Assembly (NCBI GenBank): GCA_965240325.2
Contig: OZ251230.1
Coordinates: 1,860,001 to 1,924,000 of the forward strand
Reading direction: 5' to 3'
Length of the DNA: 64,000 nucleotides
Source of the DNA: Rebecca billardiae RCC1528
Lineage: Eukaryota > Protista > Haptophyta
The notes below the pieces were generated by a model, which did no database searches, was not told where the DNA came from, and saw only the letters and a list, made by a program, of their open reading frames with translations. Below, one piece after another: positions 41,086 to 52,308 of the stretch. The position numbers were made by a program, and so were the translations under genes. Position 1 is the stretch's first letter, and each line of letters begins with the position of its first letter.

Positions 41086-42377
41086 TGACCGCGTTCCGCG
41101 GTCCTTTTCTGCATAGAATCAACGCAGTTGGGGGCCCGCGGTGGCCGTGCAATCGCGGCTCTCCGCCGTAGTTGCAGTTCGCCAGTTGAAGTCGGTTCTG
41201 AGATGACTGAATATAAGCTATTACTAGTCCGACCGTCGCCCTGCCTGCGCGACCGCGAGACTCATTCACACTTCACACAATCACAGCAGCGGACCTGAGA
41301 CCGCACCCGGCACCGGTCGTCAAATCGGACGTCCGTCTGACAACTAGCTGCCAAATGTCCAACTGGCTGATCAGCTCGGATCCGACCCGTCCGCGATCGT
41401 GCCATCGGCATCGGAATTACTACTAGTAGCTGCCAAACTGTGTCCAACTCTGGCTGATCAGCTCGGATCCGACCCGTCCGCGATCGTGCCGAGTGAGTCG
41501 TGCCGCGGAGCTCGGAGTACTGAAGGAGTCGGGTGTGACAGCAGGGTGCTTTAGCGCTGCGGCCCGTGCCAGCCAACGACCAGACGTACTCTGGCCACTT
41601 GACCCGTTGCACGGGTGAGTGACCGTACGCCCTGCCTAGTGCCTACCGCGCGCGCCGCGCGACCGGCGACTCGGGGTGATGGAGAGCGGATGGCGACAGC
41701 AGCAGCAGTCCTCATGAAGACGATGAAACTGGCGGCACGGGTGCACGAGGTGGCAGGCGAAAGCGCGCCGACGAGACCGCATTTGACACACCTGAGCCGC
41801 ACGCGCGTGCCGTCGCCGAGCCGGCGAGCGCTGCAAACGCGCAACCGTACCGCGCGCGCCACGACGGCGCGGCACTAGCTGATGCAGGCCGTACTGCCGG
41901 CACTGCTTCTGCGATCATGCGCCACGGTCGCAGCTGACTGCGTGAGCAGCAAGCGGGAGGCGGGTCCGGAGGCACGTGCAGGCGCCGTCCCGCATCCGAC
42001 GCCATCGTGCCGGGGCACGTCACCTCCGACGATCCGGATGTGGCCCAGTCCGGACGTCACGCGATCCGGGACGACGAATACGATTCGCTCGTATAACGAA
42101 CCGTTACGCTAAAGTCACGTCCGGCTGACGTCCAGATCGCACTTTACTTATAGGGAATATCGTGGGCGCGCTCTTTTTCGGCCTAATAGACCTCTCTATG
42201 CGATCTCAAAAACTCGAAACTCGGTCTCCGCCAGCCCTAAATAAAAATCGCCCCCCGGGCCCGTCCCTTTTTTTCGCCCCCCGTCCCTTTTTTCTTGATC
42301 AAAGATCTTTTTGAAACGTGGTTCGGGCCCGCTGGTGCGGGCTCCACGCTGCGCGCTCCGCCCTGCACCGCGGGCCA
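41086..42377 (-). mobile_element. Rolling-circle-like element, family A (uninterrupted 1292-bp copy)
   Basis: Same termini as 37892-40936 and near-identical over its first ~900 bp. Contains an internal ~85-bp-period direct repeat (GGCTGATCAGCTCGGATCCGACCCGTCCGCGATCGTGCC x2). Confidence 0.92.
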
Positions 42378-42512
42378 TTAATATTTAATCAGCTACGACT
42401 GAATGATCGGTCGTCAATGATCATTGCAGTCTCAATAATACGACTATATTCGATTCAATATCGAATATGGCGACCGGATATTAGATGACGACGAAAATAA
42501 GCGCAGCAGCAG

Positions 42513-42744
42513 CTACTGTTGCCACGCCCGTGGATGCTGCTGCTGCTGCTGCGCGGCCGCAGCCCGCAACATGTTGGCCGCTCGCCATTTCTGCTTCTGC
42601 TGCCACTGCGCAGCTGGCGACAATCCCGCAGAGCCAAAGCCGCCACCCGCCTGTAGCGGGGCACGAAGTGACGACCCAGGCAAGAGCGGTGCGCTGGCCC
42701 ACGCGGGCTGACCGGGGCCTTGACCAAAGGCGCGCATGGCGGCA

Positions 42745-42776
<32 letters not shown>

Positions 42777-43946
42777 CATCACGGCCGCTGCTAGCTCGGG
42801 CCGAAAAAAGCCCGACTGCTTATCCTGCCCGGGGATGAGGAAGAATCCCGTCACCTTGGTCGGCGTGGGCACAGCGCCCTCCGCGCCGAGCCAGCCGACG
42901 TCGGCGTGCTTCGCGCGCGCGAGTCCGGCGCGCCCGCGCAGCTCGTTCAGCAGCGCGACCACCGCCATCTCAGGCGTGCCCGGCTGGCACTGATGGTAGG
43001 CGCCGGGTGTCTTGCACTCGCGCCACATCGGCCCGGGCGCGTTGCACCAGTGCGCGGCGATCGGAGGTCGGAGGTCGAGGCGGTCGACGCCAGGCATGTC
43101 GCACAGCGCGGGGTCGGCCTCCTGCCAGTCCTTGACCACCATCACGCGCTTCTGCCCGCCCTCGCCCACCGCGCCGCTCGAGCCCATCGCCTTCGTCATC
43201 GTCGAGTGGAGCTTTGCCATGCGCTCGCACGGGTAGTAGCGCATCTCTGGCTTGGCCTGATCCTCCCACCGGCTGGTGCACGGCGGCACGGGCGCGGAGT
43301 GGGTCTTCCACAGCATGAAGCATGGCGAGTTGGGCTGCATCAGTACGACGTGCGTGAAGCGCTCCCGCGCGATGAGCTTGCGCACGTTCGACACGATGGC
43401 GGCCGTGTTGTTGTCGGCGTGCTGGTACGTCGGGTCGTTCACGACGACCGTCAGCCGCGCGCCGTTGCGGAACTCGATGGCGTGCGAGTCGAAGAGCACT
43501 TCGTCCTGCGCCCACTTGAGCACGCACGACTTGAGCGTGGAGCTCGCGTTGACAAGGGGCGTCTCGCCGCACTGCTTGTCCGGGGACGCGAGCGAGCGCA
43601 CGCGCCTGGGCGGCGGGTTGTTGCACATGATGGCCTGCGCAAGCTGCAGCGTGATGCTCGTGCCGTACAGCAGGATGTTGGCGCCAGCGGGCAGCAGCAT
43701 GGCCTCGCGATCGATCGGCGGCAGGTTGGAGAAGTGCGCCGTGCGGTAGATTGGGCCGTAGCACCGGTGGCCGTTGCGGATGTACGGGCAGAAGACCTCA
43801 CTCGGCACGCGCTTGGCCGGGTACGGGCCGCGCGCGTGCCACGCGCGGTCGTCGATATCCATCCAGCGGCCGACGCGGCCGAGCGCGCTCATGGGGAGTA
43901 GGAGGAGAAGGAGCGCCCCCAGCGCCGCGCGCCGATCGCGCCCCAT
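42513..43946 (-). CDS. SGNH / PC-esterase (TBL-like) secretory-pathway protein, candidate polysaccharide O-acyltransferase/esterase
   Basis: Signal peptide AALGALLLLLLPMSALG, ILLYGTSITLQ (cf. GDS motif) and GAYHQCQPGTPEMAVVALL (cf. DCxHWCLPGVPDxWNELL). The 3' end is uncertain. Confidence 0.65.
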
Positions 43947-44175
43947 CCGCGCGTCAGGTGCGCTCCCCCATCCGCGCGTCAGGTGCGCGAGTGATCCGTG
44001 AGGACGCGGCGCCGCCATCATTGCCACCAGATGCGTCCAAAAAAAGGCCGGTGTGACTGCAGAATTCATTATTCAGATGGGAATTATCAACGTACCCCCA
44101 TAGCGGTTGCAGCCCACACGCACGCGTACGCAGCCTTCGGTACAGCAGTCACTGTGATCAGTCATTCAGTGCCAC

Positions 44176-45696
44176 TCACTGCACGCGCTGGCGCTTGGCC
44201 GACGAGAGCTGCGTGGCCATGTCCACGGCCAGTGCCTCCATCAGCTCACACGCCTCCACCGGGTCGTCGCGCTTGAACGCCGACCACTGCTCCTGCTTCA
44301 CGATCATGACGATCTGCTCCTTCGCCAGCTTGCGCACGCCCTCCACCACACGCGCGCACCCGCCCGCCGCCTTGGCGTGCCGTAGCAGGTCGAGGCAGTT
44401 GTCCACGTCCAGCCCGGCGAGCAGCACGTCCTCGCACCGCTGCACGACGCCGAGCAGCACATCGCTCTCAGCACGAGCGCGCGTGCCCTCCGAGCCTGCA
44501 CCGGGCGGCGGCTGCAGCTTGCTCGCCAGCCGCAGCAGCTCAAGCACCACCGACGGCTCGGTCGGCAGCGGCGCCACGCCCGCCGAGTGCAGCTGGCGCA
44601 GCAGCGCCTCGTGCGCCGCCGAGCTGAAGTCCGGGTCGGCGTCCACCTCGCGCTGGCTGCCCTCAGACAGGCTGCCGCACAGCTGGCGCGCGTAGTACTG
44701 CGAGTGCTGCGCCAGCAGCACCCGGCTCGCGCCCAGCTCGGTGCCGTCCGCGCACCGCAGCACCACGTCGTGCTGCCGCACGGGCGCGCCCACCGCGTCG
44801 CCCAGCGAGCACAGCCGCGCGTGCGCACCGCGCAGCTCCGCATCGCTGTCGGACAGTCGCACGTGCGTCTCGCCCGCCGACGCCAGCGCACGCTCACGCA
44901 CATTCACGCTGCTGCACGGCAGAACCTCCAGTGCGCCCAGCGCGTGCTGCCGAGTCTCGCGAGCTCTCTCGCCGCCGTCGGCATCGCCCTCCACAGCAGC
45001 GCAGCTGTGCACCAGGCCTAGCAGCGCGCTGACCAGCCCAGGGGTGCCGGCGATGGCAGCGCGCTGCGCGGTGCAGTGCGTGACGATGGTGTGCACGGTG
45101 GCAGCGGCATGCGCTGCGATCTGACGTGGTGCGGCCGAGCCGTCACGCACGCGCAGCAGCGGCACGAGGGCCTCGCACCCGCTGTCGGCAATGAGCGCGG
45201 CGCGGCACTGCTCAGCCGCTTTCGTGCAGAGGCAGATGTCAATGGCTGCGCTGAGTACCACGTCGACGTTGGCCGAGCGCAGCAGCGACGCAAGCGTGGG
45301 AATGGCGCCCGCCTCCGCAATCCGTGCGCACAGTGTGGGGTCAGAGGCGAGCCAGCTTAGCGCGCTGGCTGCTTCAAGCTGCACGTCCTGATTGGCCGAG
45401 CTCAGCAGCGGCACGAGCGCAGGGATGGCGCCGGCCTCGGCGACCGGCGCGCGCAGCGCGTGCGTATGGCCGAGAGCGCTCAGGGCAGCTGCAGCCTCAT
45501 GCTGCACGCGCTCGTGGTCAGACCCCAGCAGCAGCACGAGCGGCGGAATGGCCCCGGCGTCCGCGAGCGCACTGCGCACGTCCAGATGCACGCCGAGGCC
45601 CGCCACGGCACGCGCCGCGGCGGCCTGCACACCGGCAGTGCGATCGGGCGCGAGGAGCTGCACCAGCTCCGGCAGAGCCTGCGAGCCAATGATCAC
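44176..45696 (-). CDS. Armadillo-repeat + BTB/POZ protein (5' end unresolved)
   Basis: Repeated (A/D)EAGAIPxLVxLL ARM units and BTB HDVVLRCADGTELGASRVLLAQHSQYY. There is no in-frame ATG before an upstream TAA. Confidence 0.8.
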   Translation of the reverse strand: MIIGSQALPELVQLLAPDRTAGVQAAAARAVAGLGVHLDVRSALADAGAIPPLVLLLGSDHERVQHEAAAALSALGHTHALRAPVAEAGAIPALVPLLSSANQDVQLEAASALSWLASDPTLCARIAEAGAIPTLASLLRSANVDVVLSAAIDICLCTKAAEQCRAALIADSGCEALVPLLRVRDGSAAPRQIAAHAAATVHTIVTHCTAQRAAIAGTPGLVSALLGLVHSCAAVEGDADGGERARETRQHALGALEVLPCSSVNVRERALASAGETHVRLSDSDAELRGAHARLCSLGDAVGAPVRQHDVVLRCADGTELGASRVLLAQHSQYYARQLCGSLSEGSQREVDADPDFSSAAHEALLRQLHSAGVAPLPTEPSVVLELLRLASKLQPPPGAGSEGTRARAESDVLLGVVQRCEDVLLAGLDVDNCLDLLRHAKAAGGCARVVEGVRKLAKEQIVMIVKQEQWSAFKRDDPVEACELMEALAVDMATQLSSAKRQRVQ

Positions 45697-46140
45697 TTCT
45701 GCGTCAACATCCTTCTCGCCCTGTACTCGGCGGGCTCGAGCGCGACGATCAGAGTCTACGCTCTCGGCTTCTTCGGGCGCATGGCCTTGACCGACTTAGC
45801 GATCGCCTCCTGCCCGACCGGCGCGCGGGCCCGCTCGATGGTCATCGTTAGTCGCGGTGGCGTGTGGGTCCTCGGTCGCGGCGGCGGTTGGCCACTACCC
45901 GAACGGCCAGTAACCAGGCGGGTCAAGTAGTTACGTAGTACGTAGAACTTTGACACCCGCGACGTCAACATGAGACTCACCTCTTTGACTTGCTGGTACC
46001 CCACCTGGAGGTCGCCTATAGTCTGCATAGTCAACGCGGTTGACGACGGCTCCGCGCCGCCCGGCGCCGAGTGTCATATCCGACTAGAGGTGTTACTCGG
46101 TCCTAGTAGTCGGTAGTATGGTCGTCCCAGGCCGATGGTC

Positions 46141-47655
46141 CTATGCGCGCCCGTCGATCGCCTTAGCCGCAGCCGCCGCAGCCGCCGGCAGCACAGACAT
46201 GCTCGCGCCCGCACGCGCGTACATGGCGCTCGCTGAGGACGCATCCGTCGGCGCGTGCAAGAACGGGGACAGGAGCACCACGCTGATGGGCTCGCCGCCC
46301 GGGCAGGAGCCTCGGCGCGCGACCATCCGCGAGCTGCGGCCCGCCGGTCGCGGCCGCATCGCATCGCGCCCGAGGGCGGCGCAGCTGCCCGCCTCGCCGA
46401 CGCGGAACGCCGAGTTCGCGCGCTGGAGGCGCGGCGCCCGACGGCAGAGCGGCGTGCCCACGCCCGCAGGGCTGCCGATGCCGCTGCTGGCGCTGCACGC
46501 ACTCAAGCGCTGGCCGCCCAGGAGTGACACGAGCTCGCCGCTCTGCGACGAGCGGATGAGCGGCACGTTCGACTCCGCCGGCGTGGGCGGCGGCGGGCGC
46601 GTGCGCGAGACGACGTGCGCGTACGTGGCGGTGAGCAGCTCGCGCACATCCGCCGCGTCGACGACGGACTCAGCGTCGAGCAGCAGCACGTGTGCCACGC
46701 CCTGGACAACACAGGCGCGGCCGCACCGCGCGACGCGCTCGCGCGTGCGCGGCAGCACGCTCATCAGCGCGACGACGTCGTACGGCTTGATGCGGCCGCT
46801 GAGGTACGACGTGATGTCCGTCTGGCCGTCGAGCGAGTCCGGATCCGCCTCCTTCGCGCCCTCGCCGCCGAACGTCTCGAGGTACCACCGCTTGGTGCAG
46901 CGCGGCGGCAGCTGGCCGCAGCACAGCCGCTTCCACAGGCCGACGAGCCCCGCCTGCTGCGCGGCCGAGAGGTAGTGCAGCACGGGGCAGTCGCAGTTGC
47001 CCGCGGTGAAGTTGCGGATGCACTGCATCGGGATCATCGGCACGGCGCCGCGCGAGACCACGGTCATCGGCACGCCGTGCGCGAAGCAGAAGTCGTAGAC
47101 GAGCTCCGCGGCCGCGGGATCAAAGTTGTTGTTCACGGACGCGTCCGGCTTCCAGCCCCACCGGCTGGACGCGTCGGGCTCGAGGCCGCCCATCACGCTC
47201 ACCGCGCGTACCTTTGCAGTGACCAGGTCCGCGTGCTCCTTCGCGAGGTCTGCAAAGTCGCGCATCGAGCTGATGAGCAGCACCGTCAGGCTCGCCGGAG
47301 GCGCGAGCTCAAACGTGCTGCGCAGCAGCTCGGCTCCGTCCAGCAGCCGCGCTGGGTCGACGTCGTCGAAGCCGTCGAGGGCGTACTCGTGTGTCTCAGC
47401 GGTGTACTCTTCGCCCGGCGAGCCGACACCCACGGGCACGTCGAAGGCGCCAATGTGGTCAAGCACGCATCGGGCGAGCGCAGCTCGCTTCCGCACCTGT
47501 GCGGGCCCGCCGCCGTTGCAGACAACGGCGCGCAGCTTGATCTCGCGCGCCTGGTGCGCGACGGCTGCGGCGAGGCACGCCTTCAGGTCATCGGGGTCTG
47601 GGCCCGGATCTGTGACTATGACGAGCTGGTCGGGCTCATCGACGGTCGCGGTCAT
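46141..47655 (-). CDS. Nucleoside hydrolase-fold protein resembling the HopQ1/XopQ family
   Basis: IVTDPGPDPDD, VPVGVG, LLISSMRDFA, VMGG, PDASVNNNFDPAAAELVY, GLVGLWK, WYLETF, PYDVVAL. Confidence 0.8.
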   Translation of the reverse strand: MTATVDEPDQLVIVTDPGPDPDDLKACLAAAVAHQAREIKLRAVVCNGGGPAQVRKRAALARCVLDHIGAFDVPVGVGSPGEEYTAETHEYALDGFDDVDPARLLDGAELLRSTFELAPPASLTVLLISSMRDFADLAKEHADLVTAKVRAVSVMGGLEPDASSRWGWKPDASVNNNFDPAAAELVYDFCFAHGVPMTVVSRGAVPMIPMQCIRNFTAGNCDCPVLHYLSAAQQAGLVGLWKRLCCGQLPPRCTKRWYLETFGGEGAKEADPDSLDGQTDITSYLSGRIKPYDVVALMSVLPRTRERVARCGRACVVQGVAHVLLLDAESVVDAADVRELLTATYAHVVSRTRPPPPTPAESNVPLIRSSQSGELVSLLGGQRLSACSASSGIGSPAGVGTPLCRRAPRLQRANSAFRVGEAGSCAALGRDAMRPRPAGRSSRMVARRGSCPGGEPISVVLLSPFLHAPTDASSASAMYARAGASMSVLPAAAAAAAKAIDGRA

Positions 47656-49107
47656 TCTCTGGGCTCGTCCGCCGCCAACGCTCAGGGCGTGAGGTGGGAC
47701 AAGGCTGTTGCTGCGGTGTCGTCGTCGGCAGGTGGAGGACCAATCGAACATTGATGAAGATGCAATGAACGTGCGGTTCCGGCTCCAGAAGCTTCACCGC
47801 GTCTCCAACAACCTGCCACTAAGTGGTCTCGATCGACGCCGGCCCGCGCGAGCGTTCTATTGGTCAACTGGTCGTTAGAGCACCTTGATGGCCTGATCCG
47901 GTCCATAATCATTGAGCGACGTGGTCATTTATCGGGCGGTTTAACCCGATTCCGCCCGTTCATTGCACGGCCAGAAAATTCGTCGGTGCCCATCGGCTGT
48001 TACCGACCGTTTGGGGTTCTCAACGCAAGCCGAAAGTTCTGCCGTTTGTCATGTTGCTGCATGCCGAGGTCAGCCCGGCCCACGAGAACTCCGGGCGGCG
48101 CGGCGGACGCGTGCGTGTGAGTGACAGACGCGGAGGAAGACGGCGACGACAAGCGAAGCGTGTGGGGCAAAGATGAAAGAAGAGTGCAGAAGTCTCTCAC
48201 AGCAGCGCCGCCGGGCGCACCGCCGTCATGCGCACCTCTGCGCCCAGAGCGCCCGGCGCCCAACAACGGCGGCGGCATGCGGTGCCATAACCTCCCTTGG
48301 TCCGCGTGCCTCTCGCGCTGTCTAGAAAGCAGGACGTATGGTGGAACAAGGACTGAAGAAGAAGCCACGTGCCCTGTGCAGCGCGCTGCGGCCCCGTGCC
48401 TCAGAGAGCTCAGGGAGTGTCACAGCGCGAGAGGAAGCATCGCACGTGCCGAATGCAGACACTGTAGGGGGTCCATGACAGCAGCCCATTGATTTGTGCT
48501 TTTCGACAACCATGCGATTTAGGTGTCTGACGAGCGTGGCGCTTGCGGAGTCGCTTACAAATATGTCCCAGAGCCCAGCCCAGCCGTTGGAAGCACTCAA
48601 AACCGACTCCGCGCGCCGTCGCGCGGTCGTGCGCGCACGCCAGCTGCGCCACTGTGTCACATACAGATTCAGCCAAACGTCAAGGACTTGTGATGGCGGC
48701 TAAATGACGATATGTCGTCGGACTTACTTATTCATAACCGTTGCAACCCGCCCCAACAAAATTAGGGTGGAATTGCTAAATTTTAGTAGGCATGATGAGT
48801 GCGCGTAGCGGTCGGTGAAAAACTACTCCAAGATCGAGCATTTTACCCATTTAATTAGAGACCCCCTACCCGCACATACGCACAGACTTACCCGTTAATA
48901 TATAATACGGGTGCACTCTCCTATATATATTCATATTGGTGCCTATATGTGGGTACCGTGTTCAATATTGAGACTGGGTCATCCGAATAGGCGGCCGCCG
49001 CCGCGGACTCGGCGGAGCAGTCACTGCGGCTGCTCATGCCACTCGAACAGTGCCGCAGCAGGCCCGGACGGGCCTGATGCGGGCGGCGGGCTGCGTGCCG
49101 AGGCACA

Positions 49108-50610
49108 CTAGCAAGACCACCTCTGAGCATGCCACCATCCCAACACTGGCAGGAGAGCCCTCCGGCTCCGCCGTCGAGGCTTGCGTGCGCAGACTGGCAG
49201 TCGATTGCCGCCGCCAAGCTTGCCGCGGTCCGTTCGGCGACTTCCAAGCCCGTACTCTGTGTCACCGGCATCGTCGCCGTTCGTCGTACCCCGGCCCACG
49301 CGAGGCTGCCACCGGTTCACCGCTACTGCGACGGACTGCGCGCGCTTCGCCACGCGCTCGCCCCGAAGCTCCGCCGCTCTCCTCTCGCGCTTGAGCTCGG
49401 CGCCGTCGGCAGCCATGGCCGCCCGCTCGGCCGCAGCGCGATCTGTGCCACAGCACGCGCTGCGCTCGGCTTCGTCGGCGCGCAAGCTGGCGCGCGCAGC
49501 GTCGGCGACGGCGCGCGCGGTCGCCTTGCGCGACGAGTCCAGCTCCACCTGCTGCTCCGAGATGATCGCGTGCTCAGCAGGAGTCACGCGCTGCTCGTGC
49601 AGCGGCACCGGCACGCGGCCTGATGCGGAAATGCGCGGCGCGTCAGCGTCGGGGTGCGAGTCGAGGTCGCGGAAGGGGCAGCTGACGTGGGCGGCGCCCA
49701 GCAACTGGTCGTCGGTGTCCAGCTCCGCCAACCTCTCCGCCGCCGACGCGCCCAGCTTCCGGCTCAGGATGCGCTCCACGTCCTGGCGCTTGCCCTTCGA
49801 CCACCTGTGCACGGTCATCAGCCAGTTGCCGATCATCTCGAGCCGCGGCGAGTCGTGGCGCGCCGAGATGCCGTGCACGTCCGCGCAGGCGTGCGCGACC
49901 TTCTTGGGCTTCCTCATCCCACCGTCGCCCGCGGTCTGGGCGTATGCCGCGGTGAACACTCTGACCAACTGCTTGCGCTTTCTCAAGTTCTTCTCGAGCA
50001 TGAGGTCCACGAGCGTGCGGAGGAGGTCGAGGAGCACGAAGTTGAGCACCGATGCGTACCGCGGGTGCGTGCCGGCCACGAAGCGGCAGCCAAAAGTGTG
50101 CATCACGTGAATGGCGCGCGCCGCCGCCGCCGTCTCCTCGACCTGCTCCACGCGGACGTTGATGTCTGGCGGCAGCTCGAGCCTTGACTGCTGCACGCCA
50201 TCGTGGCCGTCCGCGGAGGAGGTGAGCCCCTCTGCGGTGCTGGCGGGGACCTCGGGCGGGTCGCACATGTCCATGGACACGCGCACATCATCATCCGCCA
50301 CGCCCTGGACCTCGTCATGCCCGGCACGGCGGTCAGCAAGTTGATCGACGTCGAGCGGCCCTTGCGGCAGGGGCCCGCGGGGAGCGTCAGAGCGCGAGAG
50401 CGCGGCGTCGGGTGGGCAAGGAGGCTGCGTCGAGTCGTTGTCGATGTCCACCCCACCGCGTAGGTCATGTTCGTCTCCGCGTAGGTCGCCAGCACGTGCT
50501 GCTAGGACTCGCTCCTTGGTCGCGAGCAGCACACGTTGAGCACGCAGATGCAAATTATGAAGCACGAGCTTCGGTTGGACCACGACTCCCAGCGAGAGCC
50601 CGGTCCGCAC
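49108..50610 (-). CDS. Hypothetical protein, possibly transposon cargo
   Basis: 500-codon open frame with coding-like bias in its core and AT-rich flanks. No clear ATG start and no recognised domain. Confidence 0.4.
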   Translation of the reverse strand: MRTGLSLGVVVQPKLVLHNLHLRAQRVLLATKERVLAARAGDLRGDEHDLRGGVDIDNDSTQPPCPPDAALSRSDAPRGPLPQGPLDVDQLADRRAGHDEVQGVADDDVRVSMDMCDPPEVPASTAEGLTSSADGHDGVQQSRLELPPDINVRVEQVEETAAAARAIHVMHTFGCRFVAGTHPRYASVLNFVLLDLLRTLVDLMLEKNLRKRKQLVRVFTAAYAQTAGDGGMRKPKKVAHACADVHGISARHDSPRLEMIGNWLMTVHRWSKGKRQDVERILSRKLGASAAERLAELDTDDQLLGAAHVSCPFRDLDSHPDADAPRISASGRVPVPLHEQRVTPAEHAIISEQQVELDSSRKATARAVADAARASLRADEAERSACCGTDRAAAERAAMAADGAELKRERRAAELRGERVAKRAQSVAVAVNRWQPRVGRGTTNGDDAGDTEYGLGSRRTDRGKLGGGNRLPVCARKPRRRSRRALLPVLGWWHAQRWSC

Positions 50611-51217
50611 GAGTCATGGCTACCCGTCCGCAGCCGCCCAGCCGCTTGACGAGGCGCCTGCACCGAGGTGGGTGCGCCCAATGGCGAGCGGACGGCCGTC
50701 GATGAGGGCCATCAGCCTCGCCGACCCCGTTCAGAGCTCCGCTCCCGCGCCGGGGCCAGCCGAGCGCGAGCGCGGATTTGGAATCTGCCGATCGCGAAAA
50801 CCCGCCGAACAAGTTCTGAATGGAAAAGAAAAGAAAATCAAAACTCAATTTAATCTGATGGACCCCCTAGACACTGCTGTCACTTTCGCCTGAGTAGGCC
50901 CAGAAGTGCGTGATCCTGACTGCCACCGAGCCAGGGAGAGCTGAGATAGCAACCTCATTTATCACTGCTTCATCACCGCGCCACGTTTGGCGGCATCTAA
51001 CGCCCGGTGGGCGAACCAGCTAACGGGAGCGGTGAGTACCGGGGCCGGGGGCCGGCACGGCCGCCACTTTCGGCACTGTGGCCACATTCGGGCCGGCGCC
51101 TGATAAAACAATGGTGCCCCCCCCCCCCCCCCCCCGAACCTTACCGTCGTATTCTGGAAACGAGCACTACGATTATTAGCGCTACATTTGGTCATCGTAT
51201 GAAACTTTTCGTCTAAG

Positions 51218-52308
51218 CGGATATCCCACTGCAACAGATAGGATCTGATCCTATGGCATAGGATGAGTTCACCAGAGCGCCAGCGGCTCAGTTTTGCGCA
51301 TACGATCATCGGTGTTGCTATATCGTACACACAACTCCACCGGCTGTCGACACACACCATCTCCGCCTGCCGCCACTGCCACGGCGGTCGCGCGCGCGCG
51401 CGCGCGACCGCGCGCGCGCGCGCGATCCTATGCCATAGGATCCGCGCCAGGGACGGCTACATAGGATCGGCATGACAGCGTCAGTTGCTCGCCCCTGGCA
51501 GCCGAGCGGCGACCCTGGGCACGGACGGCGCCGGCGGGTGCTCGCACCGGATGCCCGCGCTGCCGCCCGCACCGCCGCCCACGCCGCCAGGCGCGTTGCT
51601 GCCCGTGGCACACCATTCTGGGGCGGGGCGAAGAGAGGGCAACCGCCATCGTGCGTGCGGCCACGGACCTTCCACGATGGTGGCGGCCGTCCTTGTGGAC
51701 CACAGCCCACGAATCCAAGAGCGTGCGGGTCGAGCGTCGCGTAAATCGACTGCGGCATACGCATGGCGTGTCTACAGGTGCGATACCATCCACGCACGCG
51801 GCATGGCAAGATGCTCCGGCTACCTCCGAGGCTTGCTCAACATGCGCGCCGATGCTCGATCGCAACCACCTGACGACGCGAGCGACCCGCAGCGGCTTGC
51901 GCACGCAGCCCCGGCGTGACGTACAATGCCATGCTTGGCGAGGACCAAAACGCATTGTGGATGAACCTCGTACGGCTCCGGTCGAACACAGTGAACCGCG
52001 ATGTGTGAGCATCAAGCTGGGTGTCATCTACAAGTGCCACATGTCGGTCGGCGTTGCCGCCGTGGAGTCGCAAGGCGGCAGCGACCGCGACGGCTTCACG
52101 CGCTCCATCCGTGGAGCCCAAAACATGCGGTGGTGGTCGAAAATCACAACAAGCTCGCTCTGGCGGATGGTGGCGACACTGCTACCGACCCCTAGGTGCA
52201 GTCGTACCATTCGGCAACATGAGAAAATGTCGTCTGCTGAGTCGTCCCTGGGGCCATCCTATGCCATAGGATTGAATCCTATGGGATAGGATCGCAGTGG
52301 GATATCCG
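51218..52308. mobile_element. Non-autonomous TIR element with 4-bp TSD (TAAG) and internal palindromes
   Basis: 15-bp TIR CGGATATCCCACTGC / GCAGTGGGATATCCG, TAAG on both sides, and four ATCCTATGnnATAGGAT palindromes. Confidence 0.85.
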
